From an uncultured Chloroflexia bacterium (GTDB lineage: Bacteria > Chloroflexota > Limnocylindria > Limnocylindrales > CSP1-4): DNA of 64,000 nt. The notes beneath the pieces were generated by a model. It made no database searches and was not told the DNA's origin. It worked only from the letters and a program-made list of their open reading frames with translations. The translations under genes and the position numbers were made by a program. Positions 50,453 through 58,206 of this stretch are shown here, in pieces (the first letter of the stretch is position 1; each line of letters opens with the position of its first letter). The DNA lies in the NCBI GenBank assembly GCA_963833225.1, contig CAWHXD010000006.1:1-64000 (forward strand). The letters are read 5' to 3'.

Positions 50453-51680
50453 GGACCCGGCGATCGATCCCGCCGAGCCGCCTCTCGCCGTCGCCGGGCA
50501 CCGTCGCCACAGCCTGCCCGATCCCGAGGCCGTCGGCGAGGACGCCGAGCTGCTGGCAGCGATCCGGGCGGAGATCGCCGAGCACGGGCCGATCACCTTC
50601 GCCCGGTTCATGGAGCGGGCCCTCTACGACCCGGGACACGGCTACTACCGCCGTCCGCTGGCCGGCCCCGGGCTGGCCGGCGGCGACTTCCTGACCGCCC
50701 CCGAATCCCATCCGATCTTCGGGGCCGCCCTCGGTCGGCTGGTCGAGGAGGCGTGGCGGGCGATGGGCCGCCCGGCGCCGTTCACGATCACGGAACCGGG
50801 AGCCGGCTCGGGAGCGCTGGCGGCCGGGCTCCTGCGCGGGTTGCGGGACCTGGGCTCGCCGCTGTTCCCAGTCGTTCGCTACCGGCCGGTCGAGGTGGAG
50901 ACGGCGCGTCTCGACACGCTCCGCGAACAGCTCGCGGCCGAAGGCCTCGACGACCACCTGGTGGCCGACCCCGATGAGGCGCCACGCACCGCCGGAGCCG
51001 TGATCGCCAACGAGGTCCTTGATGCGCTGCCCGTCCACCGGGTCGTCACGCGCGGCGGCAGCCTGCACGAGCTGCTGGTCGCGGCCGACACGGACGGGAA
51101 CCTCGTGTGGCACGAGGCGGAGCCCACCACGCCGGCCCTTGCGCGGCGCCTCGCGGCCGAGCAGGTGACGCTCGCCGACGGCGAGGTCACGGAGGTCTGC
51201 CTGGCGCTCGACCGCTGGCTCGCCGAGACAACGGCGCTCGTTTGGCGCGGCGTCGTGATCGTGGTCGACTACGCGGCCGAGCCCGGCGAGCTCCACGGGG
51301 CGTCGCACCCCACGGGGACGCTCCGCACGTTCGCGCGGCACGCCGTTGGCGCCGACCCGTTCCGGCATCTCGGGCGGCAGGACCTCACCGCAACCGTGGA
51401 TCTCGCGGCTGTCAGGCTTGCCGCGGCGGCCGCCGGCCTGACCCCGATCGGCGAGACGACCCAGGCGGAGCTGCTGGCACGGGTCGCCACGAGCGACCTC
51501 ACGGACACCTACGTCCGCCGCCCGGGCGCCACGCTCCAGGACGCGCTCGATCTCCGCTCGGCGGTCGCCCGGCTGATGGACCCACGCGGGATGGGGGGGT
51601 TCCGGGTCATGGTGTTCGGCGAGGGGCTGGACGAGCCGCTGTCGCTGCCGTCGCTCTCCCCGGTCCGCCGCCCGGGCTGA
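50445..51680 (+). CDS. MidA/NDUFAF7-family SAM-dependent methyltransferase
   Basis: GPITFARFMERALYDPGHGYY, DFLTAPE, EPGAGSG, ANEVLDALPV, DY, QDLTATVD. Confidence 0.9.
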   Translation: MDRDPAIDPAEPPLAVAGHRRHSLPDPEAVGEDAELLAAIRAEIAEHGPITFARFMERALYDPGHGYYRRPLAGPGLAGGDFLTAPESHPIFGAALGRLVEEAWRAMGRPAPFTITEPGAGSGALAAGLLRGLRDLGSPLFPVVRYRPVEVETARLDTLREQLAAEGLDDHLVADPDEAPRTAGAVIANEVLDALPVHRVVTRGGSLHELLVAADTDGNLVWHEAEPTTPALARRLAAEQVTLADGEVTEVCLALDRWLAETTALVWRGVVIVVDYAAEPGELHGASHPTGTLRTFARHAVGADPFRHLGRQDLTATVDLAAVRLAAAAAGLTPIGETTQAELLARVATSDLTDTYVRRPGATLQDALDLRSAVARLMDPRGMGGFRVMVFGEGLDEPLSLPSLSPVRRPG

Positions 51681-51842
51681 CCGGGGAATGACCGACGGGA
51701 CGGCAAACGGGGCCGCCAACCGGTCCGAAGACGGGCCGTCCGGCCCGGCTCGACAGGCCGTCCGCTCCCGGCCGCGCTGCTAGAATGGCCTCCTCGTGTC
51801 GCGTGCTGCGGCCGGGATCAACGCCACGCCCACGAGGACCTC

Positions 51843-52214
51843 GTGACCGGGATCTGGTACGTCGTCGGGTTCGTTTTCGCCGGCACCCTGTTCGTCTTCG
51901 GGACGATCGGGCTCGCTTGGCTGATCTCCCACCGCACCCGTGGAGACGAGCACAAGGGCTACCCCTACGAGTCGGGCATCGACACCTACGGTGACACCCA
52001 CGCCCGCTTCGGCATCAGCTTCTACATCTACGCCCTGATGTTCGTCGCCTTCGACATCGAGGTGATCTTCATCTTCCTGTGGGCCTTGATCTTCACGAAC
52101 CCTGACCTGCCGCTCACCCCGGCCGCCCTGTTCATCACGATGCTGATCTTCGTGGGCATCCTGCTGTTCGGGCTCGCGTATGCCTGGCGCAAGGGGGTCC
52201 TGACGTGGCGATGA
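51843..52214 (+). CDS. nuoA: complex I subunit A
   Basis: [32 protein letters not shown]; TAGAAT -10 at 51781. Confidence 0.95.
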   Translation: MTGIWYVVGFVFAGTLFVFGTIGLAWLISHRTRGDEHKGYPYESGIDTYGDTHARFGISFYIYALMFVAFDIEVIFIFLWALIFTNPDLPLTPAALFITMLIFVGILLFGLAYAWRKGVLTWR

Positions 52215-52969
52215 CCCCCGACGGACCGGAGACGGTCGGGGGCCTGGGCGTCGAGCCGGGCGACGGCACCCAGGCTCGGTCGGACCAGCCCGGGCGGGAT
52301 TCCGCGGCGCTGGTCACCCCGGCCGCCAGGGACGTGATGGCCCCCATCGTCGTGGCCAACACGCTGTGGACGTCGGACAGCCCCGGCGCGTATGCGAGCA
52401 CGGCCCCCGCCTACACGCACCTGGAGGCATTCCACAAGGGCGACCTCGAGCTCGCGGACACCGCGCGCTGGGGTGCGCTCGAGGTGATCCCGACCAAGGC
52501 GGACCTGATCGTCGACCTGATCCGGATGAACAGCCTGTGGCCGCTGCTCTCGGGCCTGGCCTGCTGCGCCATCGAGATGATGTCCGCGGCCACCTCCAAG
52601 AACGACATGGACCGCTGGGGCATGTTCCCGTTCCGCGCCAGCCCCCGCCAGGCCGATGTGCTGATCGTGGCCGGCACGCTCACCACCAAGATGGCCGGGC
52701 CGCTGGTCCGCCTCTGGGAGCAGATGCCGGAGCCCAAGTGGTGCGTCGCGATGGGCGACTGCACCTGCTCGGGCGGCCGCTACAAGCGCAGCTACTCCAC
52801 CATCGAGGGCATCGACCGGGTGATGCCCGTCGACGTCTACGTGCCGGGCTGCCCGCCCCGTCCCGAGGGTCTCATCTACGGGATGATGAAGCTGGGCCAG
52901 CTGGTCAAGGAACGCCGCGGCCACTGGCCGGACCGGCCCATCGGGCCCAACGTGCCGACGGACGTCTAG
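52211..52969 (+). CDS. nuoB: complex I subunit B
   Basis: [37 protein letters not shown]. Confidence 0.97.
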   Translation: MTPDGPETVGGLGVEPGDGTQARSDQPGRDSAALVTPAARDVMAPIVVANTLWTSDSPGAYASTAPAYTHLEAFHKGDLELADTARWGALEVIPTKADLIVDLIRMNSLWPLLSGLACCAIEMMSAATSKNDMDRWGMFPFRASPRQADVLIVAGTLTTKMAGPLVRLWEQMPEPKWCVAMGDCTCSGGRYKRSYSTIEGIDRVMPVDVYVPGCPPRPEGLIYGMMKLGQLVKERRGHWPDRPIGPNVPTDV

Positions 52970-52971
52970 CC

Positions 52972-53520
52972 ATGGACCGATCGCTGCGTGCACGCCTCGA
53001 GAAGCGCTTTGCGGACAAGGTCACGGGACCCGTCCGGCAGCGCCACGACGAGACCGAGCTCCGGATCGGCGCCGCGGACCTGACCGAGGTCATGACGGCC
53101 CTCCACGACGAGCCGGACCTGGACTTCGGGGTCCTCGCCGACCTCGCGGGCGTGGACACAGGCGCCCACATGCAGGTCGTGTACCACGTGTGGTCCGCGA
53201 AGACGCCGGACTGGCTGCGCGTGATCGCGGACGGCCTGCCGCGCGACAACCCGCGGATCGCGACCCTCACCGGCCTGTGGCCGGGCGCGGAGTGGATGGA
53301 GCGCGAGACCTACGACATGTTCGGGATCATCTTCGAGGGCAACCGCGACCTGCGGCGGATCTACATGCCCCCCGATTACACGAGCTTCCCGCTGCGCAAG
53401 GACTTCCTCCTGCCGGACGACGCGGCGCGGTCACCGGGGGGTGGCGTCCGGCACGTGGAGCGGGCGCCTGCCTCCACGCAGGCAACCGATCCCGCCGCCC
53501 ATCGCACGGTGAAGGCGTAG
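52972..53520 (+). CDS. nuoC: complex I subunit C
   Basis: DLAGVD, WMERETYDMFGI.FEG..DLRRI, FPLRKDF. Confidence 0.96.
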   Translation: MDRSLRARLEKRFADKVTGPVRQRHDETELRIGAADLTEVMTALHDEPDLDFGVLADLAGVDTGAHMQVVYHVWSAKTPDWLRVIADGLPRDNPRIATLTGLWPGAEWMERETYDMFGIIFEGNRDLRRIYMPPDYTSFPLRKDFLLPDDAARSPGGGVRHVERAPASTQATDPAAHRTVKA

Positions 53521-53522
53521 CC

Positions 53523-54767
53523 GTGACCACCTTTGGCGAGCCCATCGGCCAGCACGCGTCGGCGGACGACCCACGGATCATGCTGGACAACCAGATCGGG
53601 GCGTTCGAGCAGGTCCCGCCCTACCCGCCGCGCACCGAGCGCGAGGCCGAGTTCTACTCGCTCCGCGACGGCGAGATGTTCGTCAACATGGGCCCCCAGC
53701 ACCCGTCGACCCACGGCGTGCTCCGCGTCGTGCTCAAGATCAACGGCGAGCAGGTGGTGGACCTGGACCCGGTGCTGGGCTATCTCCACCGGGGCGTGGA
53801 GAAGCTGTGCGAGAACAGCGACTACCACCACATCATCAGCCAGGTCGACCCCCTCGAGTACGTGAGCTCGCTGTTCAACGAGTGGGCGCCAGTGATGGCG
53901 TTCGAGAAGCTGCTCGACGTGGAGGTCCCGCGGCGGGCCGAGTACATCCGCGTGCTCACGGGCGAGCTCCTCCGGGTCAGCAGCCACGCCCTGTTCCAGG
54001 GCTGGATGGCGCTCGACCTCGGCGGCCTCACGCCGATCCTGTACAGCTTCATCGAGCGCGACGAGATCGTGGAGATGCTGGCGGCGATCACCGGCCAGCG
54101 GATGCTGTTCAACTACTTCCGGATCGGCGGCGTGAACGGCGACCTCAACCACGAGTTCATGTCCCGCCTCGGTGACTGGATGAGCCGGGCCGCCGTGCAG
54201 CACGAGGCGAACATCGGGCTGCTCAACGAGAACGAGATCTTCGTCCGGCGCATGCGCGGCATCGGCCGGGTGGACGGCGACACCGCGCTGCGGATGGTCG
54301 TCACCGGACCCAACCTGCGCGCCTCCGGCGTGCCATACGACGTCCGCCGCGCGCATCCGTACAGCGTGTACCCGGAGCTGGACTTCGACATTCCGGTCCG
54401 GGGCACCGGCCCCGAGGGCGGCGATTCGCTGGACCGCTACCTGCTCCGGCTCGACGAGGTCAAGCAGAGCCTGCGGATCATCGACCAGTGCCTCCACAAC
54501 ATGCCCGACGGGCCGATCATGGCCCGCCTGCCGCGCCTGCTCCGCCCTCGACCGGGTCGCGCCTGGGCGGCCGTCGAGGCTCCGCGTGGCCTGTACGGCA
54601 CCTACGCGATCAGTGACGGCACGGACCAGCCGTTCCGGATGAAGATCCACGACCCGTCGTTCGTCAACCTGCAGCTCGTCGGGATGCTCATGAAGGGCAA
54701 CCTGCTCGCGGACACGATGGCCGTGATGGCGAGCCTGGACCCGGTCATGGGCGGGATCGACAAGTGA
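53523..54767 (+). CDS. nuoD: complex I subunit D
   Basis: NMGPQHPSTHGVLR, GYLHRGVEK, EAPRG, SLDPVMGGIDK; no NiFe CxxC motifs. Confidence 0.97.
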   Translation: MTTFGEPIGQHASADDPRIMLDNQIGAFEQVPPYPPRTEREAEFYSLRDGEMFVNMGPQHPSTHGVLRVVLKINGEQVVDLDPVLGYLHRGVEKLCENSDYHHIISQVDPLEYVSSLFNEWAPVMAFEKLLDVEVPRRAEYIRVLTGELLRVSSHALFQGWMALDLGGLTPILYSFIERDEIVEMLAAITGQRMLFNYFRIGGVNGDLNHEFMSRLGDWMSRAAVQHEANIGLLNENEIFVRRMRGIGRVDGDTALRMVVTGPNLRASGVPYDVRRAHPYSVYPELDFDIPVRGTGPEGGDSLDRYLLRLDEVKQSLRIIDQCLHNMPDGPIMARLPRLLRPRPGRAWAAVEAPRGLYGTYAISDGTDQPFRMKIHDPSFVNLQLVGMLMKGNLLADTMAVMASLDPVMGGIDK

Positions 54768-56197
54768 CCGCGCTCAACCGCTCGCTGGGCAGCCTGACGA
54801 CCGTCGGCAAGGTCGTCATCCCGCTGCTGCTGCTGGTGTTCGTGGTCGGGCCGATCCTGACCGTGCTCGGCGCGATCTACGTGCTGCCGGTCGTGGTCGA
54901 CATCGTGGGCTCGAACCTGGGCATCGTCCGGTTCGTGGTCGCGATCACGGCGATCCTGCTGTTCAGCATCCCGGCCGCGTTCATCATCATCTACATGGAG
55001 CTGAAGGTCATCGCCTTCATGAACCTCCGCGTCGGCCCGGACCGGGTTGGCCCCAAGGGTGCCGCCCATTCGCTGGTCGCGGGCCTCAAGGTGCTGACCA
55101 AGGAGGACTTCAGCCCGGCCAACGCGGACCGCCTGGTGTTCACCTGGGCGCCCGTGATCGTGTTCCTGACCGCGGTGATGACGTTCATGGTCATCCCGTT
55201 CGGACCGGGGCTCGTGAACCCCGAGACGGGCCGCATGGAGGGCCTGGTCGGCCAGGACTTCAACATCGGGCTGCTGTACCTGTTCGCGGTGGGCGGCATG
55301 ACCGTGATCGGCCTGCTGCTCGCCGGCTGGTCCAGCTTCAACAAGTACTCGCTCCTCGGGGGCCTCCGCTCGGCGGCGCAGGCGGTCTCGTACGAGATCC
55401 CGCTCACGCTGTCCGTGGTCGGGCTGATCCTGCTGGCGGGCACGATGAGCGTCACCGGGATCGCCCAGCAGCAGGGAGGCTGGTTCGCCAACTGGTTCGT
55501 CTTCCGGCAGCCGCTGGGTGCGCTGATCTTCTTCATCGCCGCCACCGCTGAGGCGAACCGGACCCCGTTCGACCTGACCGAGGCGGACTCCGAGATCGTC
55601 GCCGGGTTCGCGACCGAGTACTCCGGGATGCGCTTCGGCTTCCTGTTCTTCGCCGAGTACGTGAACGTGTTCATCGTCTCGGCCCTGATCGTGACCCTGT
55701 TCTTCGGGTCGTGGAACGCCCCGGTGGACCTCAACTCGCTGCTCGCCTGGATCAACCCGTCACTGCAGAGCTGGTTCGGCTTCACGCTGCTGCCACCCAC
55801 GGTGGCCCTCGACCCGGGCAGCCTGGGGATGGGCCTGCTGCTGCTGGCCCTGGCCGCCCCGGTGGTCCTGACGCTGGTGTTCGCCGTGCCGTTCTACCTG
55901 CTTCGCACCTCGCGGCCCGGGTGGCAGGCGCTGCTGTTCGGGTTCGTCCTGTTCAACGTCGTCGCCGGCGGGGCGGCGTTCACCCTGGCCTGGATCGGCT
56001 GGGACTGGGTCGCCGGCCTGGTGTGGTTCATGATCAAGTCGTTCATCTTCGTGTTCGTGTTCGTGTGGATGCGCGGCACGTTCCCGCGAGTCAGGATCGA
56101 TCACCTGATGGGCTTTGCGTGGAAGTGGCTGCTGCCGGCCGCGCTCCTCAACCTGTTCCTGACCGCCGCGGCGATCGTCGTGGTGAAGAGCCTGTGA
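54764..56197 (+). CDS. nuoH: complex I subunit H (long form)
   Basis: RVGPDRVGP, KYSLLGGLRSAAQAVSYE, NRTPFDLTEADSEIVAGFATEYSG, RGTFPRVR. Confidence 0.95.
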   Translation: MTALNRSLGSLTTVGKVVIPLLLLVFVVGPILTVLGAIYVLPVVVDIVGSNLGIVRFVVAITAILLFSIPAAFIIIYMELKVIAFMNLRVGPDRVGPKGAAHSLVAGLKVLTKEDFSPANADRLVFTWAPVIVFLTAVMTFMVIPFGPGLVNPETGRMEGLVGQDFNIGLLYLFAVGGMTVIGLLLAGWSSFNKYSLLGGLRSAAQAVSYEIPLTLSVVGLILLAGTMSVTGIAQQQGGWFANWFVFRQPLGALIFFIAATAEANRTPFDLTEADSEIVAGFATEYSGMRFGFLFFAEYVNVFIVSALIVTLFFGSWNAPVDLNSLLAWINPSLQSWFGFTLLPPTVALDPGSLGMGLLLLALAAPVVLTLVFAVPFYLLRTSRPGWQALLFGFVLFNVVAGGAAFTLAWIGWDWVAGLVWFMIKSFIFVFVFVWMRGTFPRVRIDHLMGFAWKWLLPAALLNLFLTAAAIVVVKSL

Positions 56198-56204
56198 GCA
56201 TTCG

Positions 56205-56864
56205 ATGACAGCCATCCCCGGCATGGGCCTCGTGCGCGGCATGGGACTGACCCTGCGGCGGTTCTTTGCCCCCAAGGCCACCATCAAGTGGCCCGAGCAG
56301 CACGCCGATGTCGCCCCCAAGTTCCGCGGCCGGCTGCAGCTGCTCTACGACGAGCACGGCACGCTCAAGTGCGAGACGTGCTTCCAGTGCGCGCAGGCCT
56401 GCCCCATCGAGTGCATCGACATGGGCGGGGTGGACACCAAGGGCCGGTTCCACGTCCACTGGGGCCCCCCCGAGACCTACGGCGAGCGCCGCGAGGAGTC
56501 CGCGATCCGCCGCTCCGGGCGCCCGGTGGCCGACACGGCGTACGAGCGCTTCGAGGGCATCGACCTCCAGCCGCTGGACGTGATCCTGGAGGCACACGAC
56601 TACGACCCCAGGGCGATGCTGGCGATCCTGGAGGAGACCCAGGCCGAGTACGGCTACCTGCCCGTCGCCGCCCTCAAGCACATCTCCCGGGTCACGGGCG
56701 CGTGGTACGCGATGATTTACGGGACCGCGACCTACTACCGACACCTGCGGTTCGAGCCGCCCGCGGTGGAGGCGCCCGCCGCCGGCACCGCACAGGTCGC
56801 CGCCGAGGCCGCCTTCCGCTCCGCGCTCGACGCCTCCCTTGGCTACGGGGGGCACGCGAACTAG
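56205..56864 (+). CDS. fusion: NuoI N-terminal half (one CxxCxxCxxxCP) + NuoE N-terminal helical domain (no 2Fe-2S domain)
   Basis: GMGLTLRRFF..KATIKWPE...KFRGRLQL...KCETCFQCAQACP, then LAILEETQAEYGYLP..AL..IS....IYGTATYY.HLRFEP; single intact ORF. Confidence 0.85.
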   Translation: MTAIPGMGLVRGMGLTLRRFFAPKATIKWPEQHADVAPKFRGRLQLLYDEHGTLKCETCFQCAQACPIECIDMGGVDTKGRFHVHWGPPETYGERREESAIRRSGRPVADTAYERFEGIDLQPLDVILEAHDYDPRAMLAILEETQAEYGYLPVAALKHISRVTGAWYAMIYGTATYYRHLRFEPPAVEAPAAGTAQVAAEAAFRSALDASLGYGGHAN

Positions 56865-56865
56865 G

Positions 56866-58206
56866 ATGACCGACTTCCTCACGACTCCCGCGGGCTGGCC
56901 GAGCGTCCTCCTGGCACGCGCGGCGCAGCTGGCCGCGGATCCGATGGACCTCGACGCCGCGGTGCGAGCCGGCGCGTTCGAGGGCCTCCGGAAGGCCGTG
57001 CGCGATCTGGGTGGAACCGGCACCATCGCGACGCTCGCCGCCGCCGGGCTCCGGGGTCACGGCGGCGCCGGCTTCCCCACCGCCGAGAAGTGGCGTGCGG
57101 CCGCCGGGCAGCCCGCGGCCCAGCGCTACGTCATCGCCAACGGCTACGGGGCGGATCCCGCCGTTCACACCGACCAGGCGCTGCTCGCCGCGGACCCGTG
57201 GAGCGTCATCGAGGGCCTCGCGATCGCCGCCTTCTCGATCGGCGCGACGGAGGCGATCCTCGCGGTCCGTGCCGACGATCCGTCGCTCGTGACGATGCTC
57301 GAGGGGGCTGTCCTCGCGGCCGAGGAGGCGGGCTTCCTGGGCGAGGATGCCGCGGGCTCCGGCCACCCGATCAGGATGACCGTGCGGCCCGTCCAGGGTG
57401 CCTACATGCTGGGCGAGGAGACGGTCCTGATCAAGGCGCTCGAGGGCAGGCGCGGCCAGCCGGACCAGCGGCCGCCGTACCCCACCGAGAAGGGCCTGTT
57501 CGACAAGCCGACTGTCGTCAACAACGTCGGGACGCTGGCCGCGGTCCCGTGGATCGTGGTCAACGGCGGCGAGGCGTACGCGGCCATCGGGTCGGCATCC
57601 AACGCCGGCACCGCGCTCGTCCAGCTCCGCGGCCCGGCCGGCGCGGGCATCGCCGAGATCCCGTTCGGGACTCCGCTCCGTGCCCTCGTTGATCTCGTCG
57701 GGGGCGCCGGCAAACGGACGCTCAAGGCGATCCTCGTGGGTGGACCGACGGGGGGCCTCCTGCCAGCCGACCTCCTGGACACGCCCTACGAGTTCGACGC
57801 GCTGCGGGAGGCCGGCGCCCACGTTGGCTCCGGGTCCGTGGTCATCGCCGACGACCGGGCCTGCATCGTGGACCTCGCCCGGCTGCTCACGCAGTTCTCC
57901 GCCGACGCCGCCTGCGGCAAGTCCATCCCGTGCCGCATCGGCCTGCGCCGCCTGTACGAGATCGGCGACCGGATGACGAGCGGCGTGGCCAGGCCCACCG
58001 ACCCGGCGCTCCTGGTGGACCTCGCCCACGACATCACCGCGTCCGCCCTGTGCGACCACGAGCGCCTGGCCACCCGGCCGTTCGCCAGCGCGATGCGATA
58101 CTTCCGTCCCGAGCTCGATGACCACCTCCTTCGCTCCATCTGCCCGGCCGGCGTGTGCACGCCGATCGCGGTGGGTGCCGGTGCGACCGCAGCAGGATCC
58201 CGCTGA
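56866..58206 (+). CDS. NuoF/HydB-like flavoprotein with degenerate motifs
   Basis: LRGHGGAGFPT..KW, GAYMLGEET, PPYP..KGLF.KPTVVNNV, GGPTGG, CGKSIPCRIG, H...ICPAGVC. Confidence 0.9.
   Translation: MTDFLTTPAGWPSVLLARAAQLAADPMDLDAAVRAGAFEGLRKAVRDLGGTGTIATLAAAGLRGHGGAGFPTAEKWRAAAGQPAAQRYVIANGYGADPAVHTDQALLAADPWSVIEGLAIAAFSIGATEAILAVRADDPSLVTMLEGAVLAAEEAGFLGEDAAGSGHPIRMTVRPVQGAYMLGEETVLIKALEGRRGQPDQRPPYPTEKGLFDKPTVVNNVGTLAAVPWIVVNGGEAYAAIGSASNAGTALVQLRGPAGAGIAEIPFGTPLRALVDLVGGAGKRTLKAILVGGPTGGLLPADLLDTPYEFDALREAGAHVGSGSVVIADDRACIVDLARLLTQFSADAACGKSIPCRIGLRRLYEIGDRMTSGVARPTDPALLVDLAHDITASALCDHERLATRPFASAMRYFRPELDDHLLRSICPAGVCTPIAVGAGATAAGSR

Noticed and set aside
52211-54767. Group 4 NiFe hydrogenase interpretation of the nuo-like genes
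   Set aside because: The D subunit lacks both CxxC Ni-binding motifs and has the quinone-site HPSTHG; the B subunit has the tandem CC of complex I.
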